From Candidatus Bathyarchaeia archaeon (GTDB taxonomy: Archaea > Thermoproteota > Bathyarchaeia > Bathyarchaeales > Bathycorpusculaceae), in assembly GCA_038883855.1 (NCBI GenBank), contig JAVZLH010000018.1, forward strand, positions 1 through 15,830: a DNA stretch of 15,830 bases. The letters run 5' to 3'. Both the position numbers and the translations under genes were made by a program. Shown here one piece after another: positions 1-8,454 of this stretch. The first letter of the stretch is position 1. Each line of letters begins with the position of its first letter. Under the pieces are notes generated by a model. It was given only the letters and a program-made list of their open reading frames with translations. It had not been told where the DNA came from and searched no databases.

Positions 1-537
1 ATGCTTAAGCTTAAGCTCACCTATCACTCCCACCCTCACACCTGTCTGTCTGAGGAATACTAAGAGGAATCTATCCCTCAAGCTCACAGCATAATCAAGC
101 ATCTTTCTGAAATCCTCCTCTGAAGGTTGAAGCCTATAAGCGTCTAAGAGGCTATTATCATCTTGAGGCTCATCAGTCTGCAAGGCTATCCTTCCAGCAT
201 GCTTAAAAAAGCTTCTTATCGCAGTATAAACTTGCTGAGCAGTTCTCACCTTGCCTCTGCTTAGCCATCTCTCACTAAGAAAATCATCAAGCTTACTCTC
301 TACGAATTTGCCATCATCCTTTTTATAAGCTTCTAAAAGCTCATCTGGAGTTAAGCCAATATAATCGCAAAAGAGCTTAAGGCTTCTCAAGTAATAAAAT
401 TTCGTATGCTCTGACTTGCTCTTTTTAAGATAAACTCTTTTGAGCCATAGCTCTACGGAAGCATTCTTTTCAGCAAGAGCCTCTAGCTCCCTTTTCGTCT
501 GCTCACCCATTCTTATTATCGCCATGCGTCTCACCAT
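1..537 (-). CDS. Tyrosine recombinase/integrase, N-terminal part (runs off the window)
   Basis: Hand translation of an open frame 537->1: MVRRMAIIRMGEQ...SEHTKFYYLRSLKLFCDYIGLTPDELL...YTAIRSFFKH...PSEEDFRKMLDYAVSLRDRFLLVFLRQTGVRVGVIGELKLKH. This has a core-binding-like region followed by box I (RD-x8-TGxR, catalytic Arg). Alternative start ATG 525 has a GGTGAG SD. Confidence 0.88.
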   Translation of the reverse strand, partial: MVRRMAIIRMGEQTKRELEALAEKNASVELWLKRVYLKKSKSEHTKFYYLRSLKLFCDYIGLTPDELLEAYKKDDGKFVESKLDDFLSERWLSRGKVRTAQQVYTAIRSFFKHAGRIALQTDEPQDDNSLLDAYRLQPSEEDFRKMLDYAVSLRDRFLLVFLRQTGVRVGVIGELKLKH

Positions 538-557
538 GTAAAGATATAGCAATCAAG

Positions 558-564
558 TATTTAA
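558..564 (-). promoter_or_regulatory. Putative TATA box of the integrase gene
   Basis: TTAAATA on the minus strand, 21-27 nt upstream of ATG 537, which is archaeal promoter spacing. Confidence 0.4.
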
Positions 565-582
565 GCATTCAGATAAAGATTA

Positions 583-900
583 ATGAGCATTTCTGAAAAG
601 CTTGGTTACCGTTATTCTTTTAAAAGCTTGGAAATCTCCAATAGCAACCTTGTCAAAGCCATAAAAGAGACGGATCTTCACACGTTGGTTTTAGACCACC
701 ATTTTCTACGCGACCTAAACTATAAGATGCGGATAAAGCATGTGTACGCAGAAGCGGAGAAACGCGGTGTTAAGGTTGTTACTGCAGCAGAGTTTGCTGG
801 AAGAAAAATTGAAATGCTTGAAGCCTTGAGAAAAGAGCTTTACGCAAAGTATGGAGAAAAGGAGTTTAAGGCTGAGAGGCGACGGCTAAGAGAGGAATAG
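583..900 (+). pseudogene. C-terminal fragment of a UPF0282 / COG2248 metallo-beta-lactamase-fold hydrolase (5'-truncated)
   Basis: LGYRYS...NLVKAIKET..LVLDHHFLRDLNY...VVTAAEF.G....LEALRKELY matches the C-terminal third of archaeal UPF0282 proteins (about 300 aa). The N-terminal part is absent, and family-like sequence starts at about nt 600. Confidence 0.72.
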
Positions 901-908
901 CCCTTTTT

Positions 909-1625
909 CTAAACGAGGAGGACAGCTATTATCCCGCTTAGGAAGACCCCATCAAATGTTCCAGCTCCGCCTATACTTGCTATTCTAGCACCTAGTTTCG
1001 GAATTTTATGCAAATTAGTTATGTCCGCGCCTATTAATGTGCCGAGAACGCCTGAAACGTAAGCCACAACTGCTGGTGCGTCTGAAGGTAAAATATAAGC
1101 CATCAACGCGGCTGCTAGCGGCGGGATGAGTGCTGGCGTGGCTATTCCTAAACCTCTTACTGGTCTTGCAACAAGATGCGTTATTACTGCAACTATTATG
1201 GTTCCGATTAAGGCGTAGTGCACTGCTGATGGCAATTTCCAAAGAAGATAAATTGACACTAAGGTAGGGATTAGGGCGCCGCCCACATTTACGGCAACAA
1301 TTGTTTTAAATTCTTCGTATTCAAACTGTGGAATTCTAAAGACCATGCCGAAGAAGCTTACGTACTCTTCCTTAACTATTGGAATCGTAGCCTTAAGCCT
1401 CAACAATGGAATATTGACATAACTTCCAGCAAAGGTTGCTATGAGAATGAGCATAGTTAACTGTGGGCTAAAGCCAACTTGCCTAACGGCAAGGCCTACT
1501 GCCCCAACAAAAAGTAATCCTATAACCAAAACAAGAAGTAAAAGCAAGATTACAAATATGTTGTAGCTGTGAAGGCAGTAGATGGTTCTTTTACTCAATA
1601 AATTACACCGCAACTTTATTGCCAT
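909..1625 (-). CDS. DUF1614 family membrane protein
   Basis: Hydrophobic protein with GSYVNIP, AVNVGGALIP, ARPVRGLGIA, GTLIGAD and SIGGAGTFDGVFLSGIIAVLL motifs. The true start may be TTG 1598. Confidence 0.88.
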   Translation of the reverse strand: MAIKLRCNLLSKRTIYCLHSYNIFVILLLLLVLVIGLLFVGAVGLAVRQVGFSPQLTMLILIATFAGSYVNIPLLRLKATIPIVKEEYVSFFGMVFRIPQFEYEEFKTIVAVNVGGALIPTLVSIYLLWKLPSAVHYALIGTIIVAVITHLVARPVRGLGIATPALIPPLAAALMAYILPSDAPAVVAYVSGVLGTLIGADITNLHKIPKLGARIASIGGAGTFDGVFLSGIIAVLLV

Positions 1626-1719
1626 TTTATTGTCGAATTATAAAAGGCTTGCTGAATTTAGGCGGATAATGGAAAAGCTAAAATAACAAGCTAAACAGTT
1701 TGGCTTAGGGCGTCCATAC

Positions 1720-2262
1720 ATGAATCTTTGGAAGGATATTCCATGCGGAGATAAACCGCCAGAACTTTTAAACATGGTAATTGAAGTTATCAGCGGCTCG
1801 AGAGACAAATATGAATACAACATTAAGTGGGACGCCTTTACCTTAGACCGCATAATACCTTCATCAGTCGTTTTCCCAGTTGAGTATGGGTTTGTTCCAC
1901 AGACATGGTTTGACGACGGAGACCCGCTGGACATTATGGTTTTGAGTTATGAGCCACTTGAGGTTGGATGCATAGTTAAGGTCAGAGTTATAGGCGCATT
2001 AATAATTGAGGATGAAAAGGGCGAGGACCCGAAAATACTGTCTATTCTTGTGAATGACGCGCGGTTTGAGGGCTACAGAGACCTAAGCGATGTCCATCCG
2101 CACAAGCTTAGGGAAATTCAAGAGTTTTTTGAAATCTATAAGCGGTTGGAGCCGCATAAGTGGGTGAAGTTTAAGGAGTGGAAAAACGCCGAAGAAGCCA
2201 TGAAAATCGTGGAATACGCAATTAAACGATTCAAGGAACTAAATGATGCTAGTTTAGGCTAG
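1720..2262 (+). CDS. ppa: Soluble inorganic pyrophosphatase (family I)
   Basis: KYEY, LDR, P-x-x-YGFVPQT, DDGDPLD catalytic motif, DEKGEDPKI, FFEIYKRLE. Confidence 0.97.
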   Translation: MNLWKDIPCGDKPPELLNMVIEVISGSRDKYEYNIKWDAFTLDRIIPSSVVFPVEYGFVPQTWFDDGDPLDIMVLSYEPLEVGCIVKVRVIGALIIEDEKGEDPKILSILVNDARFEGYRDLSDVHPHKLREIQEFFEIYKRLEPHKWVKFKEWKNAEEAMKIVEYAIKRFKELNDASLG

Positions 2263-3879
2263 TTTTTGGCTTAGAGCTTCATGCTCCTTTTCTGAAAGCC
2301 AACCCTCTTCCCTTAGCTTTTCCAACCCTTTCATAATTGATTTTCTTGTGGAGTTTGCCTTTAGCATGTCGGTTCTGTCGCCGAGTTCATGCATTTCCCT
2401 TGCCAAGGCTACATCCTTCTCGATTGACATTGGAAGTTTTTCCAGTAATGAGGTTAGTGCCTTGAACCTTGGGGTTAGAAGTTGTTTGACTTTCGCCTTT
2501 CCCAGTGCACTCTTAATTTTTGCTGAGAAGCCTATGCTGTTCGCTGCCATGGGCGGGAAAACCACATAACGCTTTTTCATTCCAGCTTGGTAGCAGACAA
2601 GATAGAAGGGCATGTAAACCAAGTTTGAATTTGCGGTTTTCTGTTGAATCCCCAATCTTTCGAGGTTTACAAGATCCGCCTCTCTTATTTTTGTTACGTT
2701 ATTTATTTGTTGAATTATGCTTGCAGTTAGGCCTTCAAGTTTTTCAATTTCTTGCCTGTAAATTTGGATTTTGGCGTCGCGGGATGCCTCAAGCTCAACT
2801 AAATCTTTTCTAGCCTCTTTGATTTTGTTTTCCCACTCTGACCTTAACCTGAAGGTTTCGGCGGATTTGTTTTCCTCTATCTCCTTAATCTTGTCTTCAA
2901 TCTCCTCTATTTGCTTCTCTATTTCTGAAAGTTCCTTTTTGGTTTCGTTAGCTTTCTCTTTCCATTTCTTTTCGCCGACGGAATCCTTGTGAGCGGCGCA
3001 TGTTTTGGCTTCTATGTTGCAACGTTCAATTTTTCTGAGCGCCTCTCCCTTTTCTTTTTCAAGTTTAACTTTATCCTTCTGTAATGGGAGGAGTTGTTTC
3101 TCAAAATTTTTAACAAGTTTTAATGTTTGCTGGTCATACTCCTCATTTATGCGACTGATTTTTTGGGCTGCAATCTCCTCTTGCTTCTTAATTTCTGAGT
3201 CTAATTCTTCTTTGACGGTTTTAATGTTGCCACGAACTGTCTTGACAAAGTTGCGGGTTGATTTGTTAAGGAACTTTATGCTTTCATGAAGTATGTCGAT
3301 GTCGGCTTTGAAACTGGATTTTAGGCTTTCCAGCTCATGGAGCATCGACGAGATTAATGGTTCATCTATTATTGAGGATAAAAGCGCTGTTTCTGACGCA
3401 GAAACATCGAACTCTCCTGCTTCTGAAATGTATTGGCTGAACTCGTTGAGAAAGTTTGGTTCGGTGATTAGGGCGTCTATCATCATGATCTTTTCTTCGG
3501 AAGGCGTTTGGAAATAGTTGACATTGTCTGATAGGAAGGTTATGTAGGTCTCCATAGTCTTTGAGCTTCTATGAGCGTTTTCTAGGAAGATTTTTGCGTC
3601 TGGAACGCTCTTATATGTTAGCGTGTATGTGGTTGTTTTTAATCCGTCGAAGACTAGGTTTAGCTCATCCCACGGAAAAAGCCAAAATGGATAGAAAAAC
3701 TTGGCTAGAAAGACTATTTTCTCTTCGGGCTTCTTTAATATTAAGCCTCCACCCTTTACACGTTCCATCTCTGCAAAACAGTAAATTGCAGCTTTCTCCA
3801 TCTCTTCAGTGAAAGGTTCCTTGCGGTTTTCAGCTAAAACCGAAAAAGGAAGGGTTAGTTGTGTAATTTTTTGGGACAA
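2254..3879 (-). CDS. Hypothetical protein with a long central coiled coil and a SHOCT-like C-terminal motif
   Basis: 541-aa ORF, TTG start with GGTGA SD. E/K-rich heptad region about aa 180-405, YPFW and YMPFY motifs either side, C-terminal GLEKLREEGWLSEKEHEAL. Confidence 0.85.
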   Translation of the reverse strand: MSQKITQLTLPFSVLAENRKEPFTEEMEKAAIYCFAEMERVKGGGLILKKPEEKIVFLAKFFYPFWLFPWDELNLVFDGLKTTTYTLTYKSVPDAKIFLENAHRSSKTMETYITFLSDNVNYFQTPSEEKIMMIDALITEPNFLNEFSQYISEAGEFDVSASETALLSSIIDEPLISSMLHELESLKSSFKADIDILHESIKFLNKSTRNFVKTVRGNIKTVKEELDSEIKKQEEIAAQKISRINEEYDQQTLKLVKNFEKQLLPLQKDKVKLEKEKGEALRKIERCNIEAKTCAAHKDSVGEKKWKEKANETKKELSEIEKQIEEIEDKIKEIEENKSAETFRLRSEWENKIKEARKDLVELEASRDAKIQIYRQEIEKLEGLTASIIQQINNVTKIREADLVNLERLGIQQKTANSNLVYMPFYLVCYQAGMKKRYVVFPPMAANSIGFSAKIKSALGKAKVKQLLTPRFKALTSLLEKLPMSIEKDVALAREMHELGDRTDMLKANSTRKSIMKGLEKLREEGWLSEKEHEALSQKLA

Positions 3880-4030
3880 ATCTTCACCAACTATTAGATG
3901 TTGGTGCGACTGGTTTAAATATTTTAAAAATCGCAGGCTTTACCAGACGCATTAAATGCCATAACCAGCTATTCCTAAGGACAGTTAAAAAGGTGAAAAA
4001 TGGGGATTTTCAGTTGTTGCTGCCGCTTTT

Positions 4031-4084
4031 TTACTTATTTTTCTCTGTCTTCCCCTTTTTCTTCTTTGATTTGCACGCAGACAC
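4031..4084 (-). CDS. Candidate 17-aa basic peptide (MSACKSKKKKGKTEKNK)
   Basis: GTG start at 4084, GAGGT SD 7 nt upstream (4092-4096), TTTAAA TATA-like box at 4121-4126, TAA stop, and downstream T-runs on the coding strand. Confidence 0.45.
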   Translation of the reverse strand: MSACKSKKKKGKTEKNK

Positions 4085-4403
4085 GAATGCGACCTCAAAC
4101 TTATAATCGTGTGCGTTTTCTTTAAAAATTTTCTGTCAAATTGCGGTACCGACTTGTTTTCTAGAGAAAATAGAGGGTTATGGCGGTTATAGGTTTAAGG
4201 GCAATTTTGTAAAGAGGAAAGGTTATTGAAGAATAAACCAGAATAGAAAGACAAAATAATGCAGAAAAAGGAAGGCAATCCCGTAAAGGAGTCTTCGCGG
4301 GGTTTTTCTAACTGTAGGGTTAATGTAGATGTTTTGATGAGTCCTTTTTGAGACTAAAATTTTATAGCCTATTTTGACTGATGTAGGTTTCAGAGTGAAA
4401 AAT

Positions 4404-4624
4404 TTGAGTCCCAAAAATTTTGTCTTCCAAAACTTGTGGCGATAATAGGCGGTTTCATGATGCTTGTTGGAATAGTTTCTCTGGGCTTAGCTGTTTTAGC
4501 TTTGTTGGGCTACTTGAACGTTGGTTTACTGTTTGAACAAAAATACGTGCTTATGCTTGCCATCGCCATGTTAGTTACAGGCTTATTCGACGTAATTGCG
4601 GCTGTTATTATGGCACGGTGGTGA
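4404..4624 (+). CDS. Small two-TM membrane protein A (probable 1-nt deletion at the A-run 4429-4432; intact portion 4436-4624)
   Basis: Two hydrophobic segments. TTG 4404 follows a GAGTGA SD-like motif, and restoring one A gives MSPKNFVFQKLVAIIGGFMMLVG...GLFDVIAAVIMARW. Confidence 0.65.
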
Positions 4625-4631
4625 TTACCAA

Positions 4632-4867
4632 ATGGCGAATGTTAAAAAGGCAATTTCGCAGTTTATTGGGGGAATCCAATGCGTCATAGGCGTGTTGGCT
4701 TCGGTTTTTGCGTTTATAATTTACACAAGTTCCTCAATGCGTGAGACATTGGCTATAACCTCAGAAGGAGAAGTTTACCTTTACATGTTCTTATCCTCAA
4801 TTTTAGCGTGTTTTCAATTTTAAGCGGATTACTTCTTGTTGGTGGAGAAAAAACAAAGGAGGACTGA
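4632..4867 (+). CDS. Small two-TM membrane protein B (probable 1-nt deletion at the T-run 4801-4804)
   Basis: ATG 4632 with GGTGGTGA SD. Restoring one T extends the second helix as SSIFSVFSILSGLLLVGGEKTKED to TGA 4865-4867, one nt before the transporter ATG. Confidence 0.65.
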
Positions 4868-4868
4868 A

Positions 4869-6359
4869 ATGGGAGAAAGGTGCCTTAAAAGAGAGCTTGG
4901 ATTGCTCCAAGCGACAATGATGGGAATAGGAGGCGCAATATCCGCAGGTGTTTTTGTAACGTTAGGTTATGCTGCAACTCTTGCGGGAACAGCGCTCATA
5001 ATAGCCATGGTTTGATGCGGAATCATAAACTTGTTCACAATACTTAGCTACGCAGAACTTGGCGCTGCCATCCCAAGCGCTGGCGGCGAATACACTTTCG
5101 CCAAAGCAGCGTTCGGCGGTTTCCTATCCTTCGCCACCGGATGGTTTGAATGGGTCAGCAACATATTCTTCAGTTCACTTTGTGCGGTGGGATTCGCATA
5201 TTTGGTTTCCTATACAATTCAAGCAGCCAACTTGCCAATACCTGTTAATGTTCCAGCCATCGCAGTAATAACAGTGGCGGTATTCACCATAATTAACATC
5301 AAGGGCGTAAAGGAAACGGGAAGAACAGAAACCGCCTTAGTAATCGTTTTACTGGCTCTTTTAGGCATATTCGTTTTTTGGGGACTGTTTAGCAGTCAAG
5401 GAACTGGCAGCCTAGAGCTTTCGGCGCCTGGAGGTTTTTTAGGAATTTTAAAAGCGACAGCCTTCATATTTGTGGTTTATTTGGGTGGAGAAGCCATAGC
5501 AGTTGCGCAGGCGGAGATAAAAGACCCTGGGAAAACGATTCCACGCGCAATATTATTGTCCTGTATAGCCTTAATCGTCATTTACACTGCTGTCGCCTTT
5601 GTCGTTTTTAAGATTGTTCCGCCTGAAAATCTTGCTGGCAAAGATTCGCCTCTTGCCTATGTGGCAGAACAGTTTATGGGACCCGTGGGTGTTGGCATAA
5701 TAACGGTTGCTGGAAGCATTGCCGCCTTGTCTTCGGTTAACACTTCGATTATGGCTCAGTCAAGAGTTGCTTACGCGTTAGCCAGAGACGGGTATTTTCC
5801 CAAGAGTTTCTTCAAAATTCATAAACGTTTTTCAACGCCGCACATAGCAATTTTTGCGGGCTCACTTTTTGCGGCGGCAGTTGCGGCAACGGGTGTTGTG
5901 AATTTTGTTGCTTACGCAACTGACTTCGGCTTCATAATAGGCTTTGTTTTTGTCAACCTTTCCTTAATTAAGTTGCGAAGGGAAAAAGTGAACTTGTATA
6001 GGCCGTTCAAGGTTCCGTTTTATCCATTAACTCCTATTTTGGGCGTAATTACATCACTGTTGCTCATCGCTTTTTTGGAACCAAGCACGTTGTTCATAGG
6101 TGCACAACTGTTTATTTTCGGATTATTAGCATATTACATTAGGATGGTGGGGCATTATCGAATTTGCCTTGCGATGAGCGGAATGAACCTTGGCATAAGC
6201 GTGTTTTCAGCTTTAATTGCCTTCTTAATAATAACAGGTTCTTTGCCGCTGCCACTTCCTCAAGACACGATTTCACTGCTTTTCTGGACTGCTCTACTTA
6301 TCAGTTTAATCTATTTAATTGCTGGTTTGCTTAATGTCACAAGAAAAGAAAGAGGGTGA
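4869..6359 (+). pseudogene. APC-superfamily amino acid permease with an in-frame TGA at 5013-5015 and an extra C-terminal TM hairpin
   Basis: ATG 4869 with GGAGG SD begins MGERCLKRELGLLQATMMGIGGAISAGVF (APC TM1). It is in frame, through one TGA, with ORF 5031-6359, which has SYAELGAAIPSAGGEY, EIKDPGKTIPRAI, SRVAYALARDGYFP and RPFKVPFYP motifs. Confidence 0.85.
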
Positions 6360-6365
6360 GTGCAA

Positions 6366-6638
6366 ATGTCTGAAGGAGAAGAAAAATATCTTTTAAAAAA
6401 TACCATAGAGGAGGAGCGGTTCAGAGTTCGCAACATCGTTCGAAAACTCGGTTCAAAAATAAGCGGGTTAATGATTACATGTGGTTTCTTGTTGTTTGTC
6501 TTCAGCATTTACATTTTGATATTTCCTCAAGACCCCAATCTTTCAGTGAGATTAAACATCATATTTACTGGCGCCTTAGGATTTCTTGGCGGCTTAAACA
6601 TTCTAAGTGGCTTGTTACTTTTATTGGGCGAAGACTAA
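6366..6638 (+). CDS. Small two-TM membrane protein C
   Basis: ATG 6366 (or GTG 6360) after a GGGTGAG SD overlapping the permease stop. Charged N-terminus followed by two hydrophobic helices ending NILSGLLLLLGED. Confidence 0.7.
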   Translation: MSEGEEKYLLKNTIEEERFRVRNIVRKLGSKISGLMITCGFLLFVFSIYILIFPQDPNLSVRLNIIFTGALGFLGGLNILSGLLLLLGED

Positions 6639-8002
6639 AACTGCTTAGTTCCAAGAAAATCCGTTATCCTCTTTTGGAAAAGCGCATTCTTCAAAAGCAC
6701 ACTTCGCATAATCCACCGTTGAATTGGAATTTGGAATCTGCTTGCAACAAACTTTAAGGCTTCATCCAAAGTTTTAAACGTGAAAGGTTTTTGGCGTATG
6801 GCATTTCGGACGTTCTCGCGGACTTGCCAAACGCCTACGGGCATTATGTAGCCTGGATGCGCTTCGCGGAGAACTATGACTGTGGCTTGGCGGCGTTCTT
6901 TCACTAGTTGTTCGCAGACAGCCAAGCGCGCAGCGTAATAGCATCCGCCAATCTCCGCGTAAGTGGTTCTTCCCTCGTAGCCTTCCCAGTCCGAGAACAT
7001 GACTGTTGTTTTACCGTTTGGGTTCCAAACGGTTCCTGGATACAATGCCTCTATGGCTTCATAACTCCATTTGGTAGGAATCATCAAAACTTCGAAGATG
7101 TTGTCTAAATAACGGGATTCGTAAACGCGGAACTCGCTTATTTCGGGAAAAGTCTTCACTTTCTCCATCAACGCCTTTGATATTGCGCTGTCAACGGCTG
7201 TTATGCCCCAGCGTGTTGGCACAAGACGCCTGTTCTTTTCTAAGCCGAAAGCGCCTACGCTGAAGGCTCTTTGAATTTTTGTCACCAAAACGCCTTTACT
7301 ATAAAGCTCCAGAACAGCCTCAGCAGCCTTCAAATCAGTGTCGCCATAAGCCTTTTCAATTTGGTGGTCCCAGCGGGTGTTTCCAACACGTAAATCGCGG
7401 ATGGGCGCTGAAGGACCAAAAGGCTGAACCTCATCGTCTAAGAGGAGGAAGCCTCTAGGCTTTTTCTTCAAAATAAGCTCAACATCTACGGGGTTGACTG
7501 CCAAAGCCAACTCGCGGGTTTTCTCAATTATTTTTCCAGCTTCCTCAAACCTTTGCACGTGAACCCGGTGTTTTCCGCGGATAAGCAAGGAACGGAAACC
7601 GACAATTTCGTCTATAGGTTTTCCAAACCAGTATTCCGGCAAATCATAGAGGCTTGTGTCCTCTTGAACTGGAGGCACAAGTGGTCCAGCATAAACGTAT
7701 GGATAGCCTATTCTACCGATGAAAACACTTGGAGGAGAAGCGCCTGCAACGTCTTCGCTCTGCATTAGGGGAACGCTTTTGAGGAAAAAGTTTGCTTTAA
7801 CAATAATTGGGCATCGGGTTTTGCCGCAGAGAAACCTCGCGCCCTTACATGCCACGCATAAACCGCTTTTTGAGGCTTTTACAAGAAATTGGCTTTCACC
7901 ATAGCTTATGTCAGACGCTGCACCAGAACCTTTCAGAACATCAAGTAACCAAACGTTAGGAGAAGCCCTGTCCAAACGCCCACGCGATAGGCTCAAGCCC
8001 AA
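6635..8002 (-). CDS. nreA: Nre family DNA repair protein (PCNA-interacting)
   Basis: N-terminal CxxCKG-x4-CG-x3-CP zinc finger, SPPSVFIGRIGYP, RRLVPTRW-x-ITAVD, GGCYYAARLAV, PVGVWQVRENVR, and C-terminal PIP box QKRITDF. Confidence 0.93.
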   Translation of the reverse strand: MGLSLSRGRLDRASPNVWLLDVLKGSGAASDISYGESQFLVKASKSGLCVACKGARFLCGKTRCPIIVKANFFLKSVPLMQSEDVAGASPPSVFIGRIGYPYVYAGPLVPPVQEDTSLYDLPEYWFGKPIDEIVGFRSLLIRGKHRVHVQRFEEAGKIIEKTRELALAVNPVDVELILKKKPRGFLLLDDEVQPFGPSAPIRDLRVGNTRWDHQIEKAYGDTDLKAAEAVLELYSKGVLVTKIQRAFSVGAFGLEKNRRLVPTRWGITAVDSAISKALMEKVKTFPEISEFRVYESRYLDNIFEVLMIPTKWSYEAIEALYPGTVWNPNGKTTVMFSDWEGYEGRTTYAEIGGCYYAARLAVCEQLVKERRQATVIVLREAHPGYIMPVGVWQVRENVRNAIRQKPFTFKTLDEALKFVASRFQIPIQRWIMRSVLLKNALFQKRITDFLGTKQF

Positions 8003-8121
8003 TCATGGAATTGTTAAAAACATCAGCCTCATATGCTTTTTTAGTTTCCCTTCAAAAAGGTTTAAGTGCCCATAATGAATGAGAGATAACAAAATTTGCA
8101 GCGATATGAAGCGGGTTGTTT

Positions 8122-8432
8122 ATGAAAGTTGACAGATTTTTGGTTGAACGCTTCATGGACGCCCATGAACATGACGTAGAACTTAATCTTGCGGAAACTT
8201 GCGTTAAATTCTTGCAATTGCGAGAGAACAATCAATGGTTGCCAGATGTCGACGAGTTATCTGAAAGCGTAGCCTTCCTTCGCTACAACTTTAAAGCTTC
8301 TTCAGAAGATTGCTTGTTCCAAGTTCATGTTTTTGGATGGATAAGTATATACGAGTTGGCTTCGGAGGCAGGACTGAAACCTTAAAGGAAGGCTTGTCGC
8401 GTTTCAAAGACTTTTTAAACTTTTATCATTAA
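8122..8432 (+). pseudogene. Remnant of a class I/II PLP aminotransferase with at least three internal deletions
   Basis: Four colinear family-like pieces: MKVDRFLVERFMDAHEHDVELNLAETCVK / FLQLRENNQWLPDVDELSE / SVAFLRYNFKASSED / (shifted frame) LLVPSSCFWMDKYIRVGFGGRTETLKEGLSRFKDFL-stop 8432. The PLP-lysine region is absent. Confidence 0.78.
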
Positions 8433-8454
8433 AACTGGAGTTAGGTGGTTTTGA

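Noticed and set aside
2348-3812. Series of plus-strand ORFs of 73-97 aa
   Set aside because: Antisense shadows of the E/K-rich coiled-coil gene, S/F/L-rich with no motifs.
4223-4414. 63-aa minus-strand ORF
   Set aside because: No SD or recognisable motif, and it overlaps the promoter and start region of the plus-strand operon.
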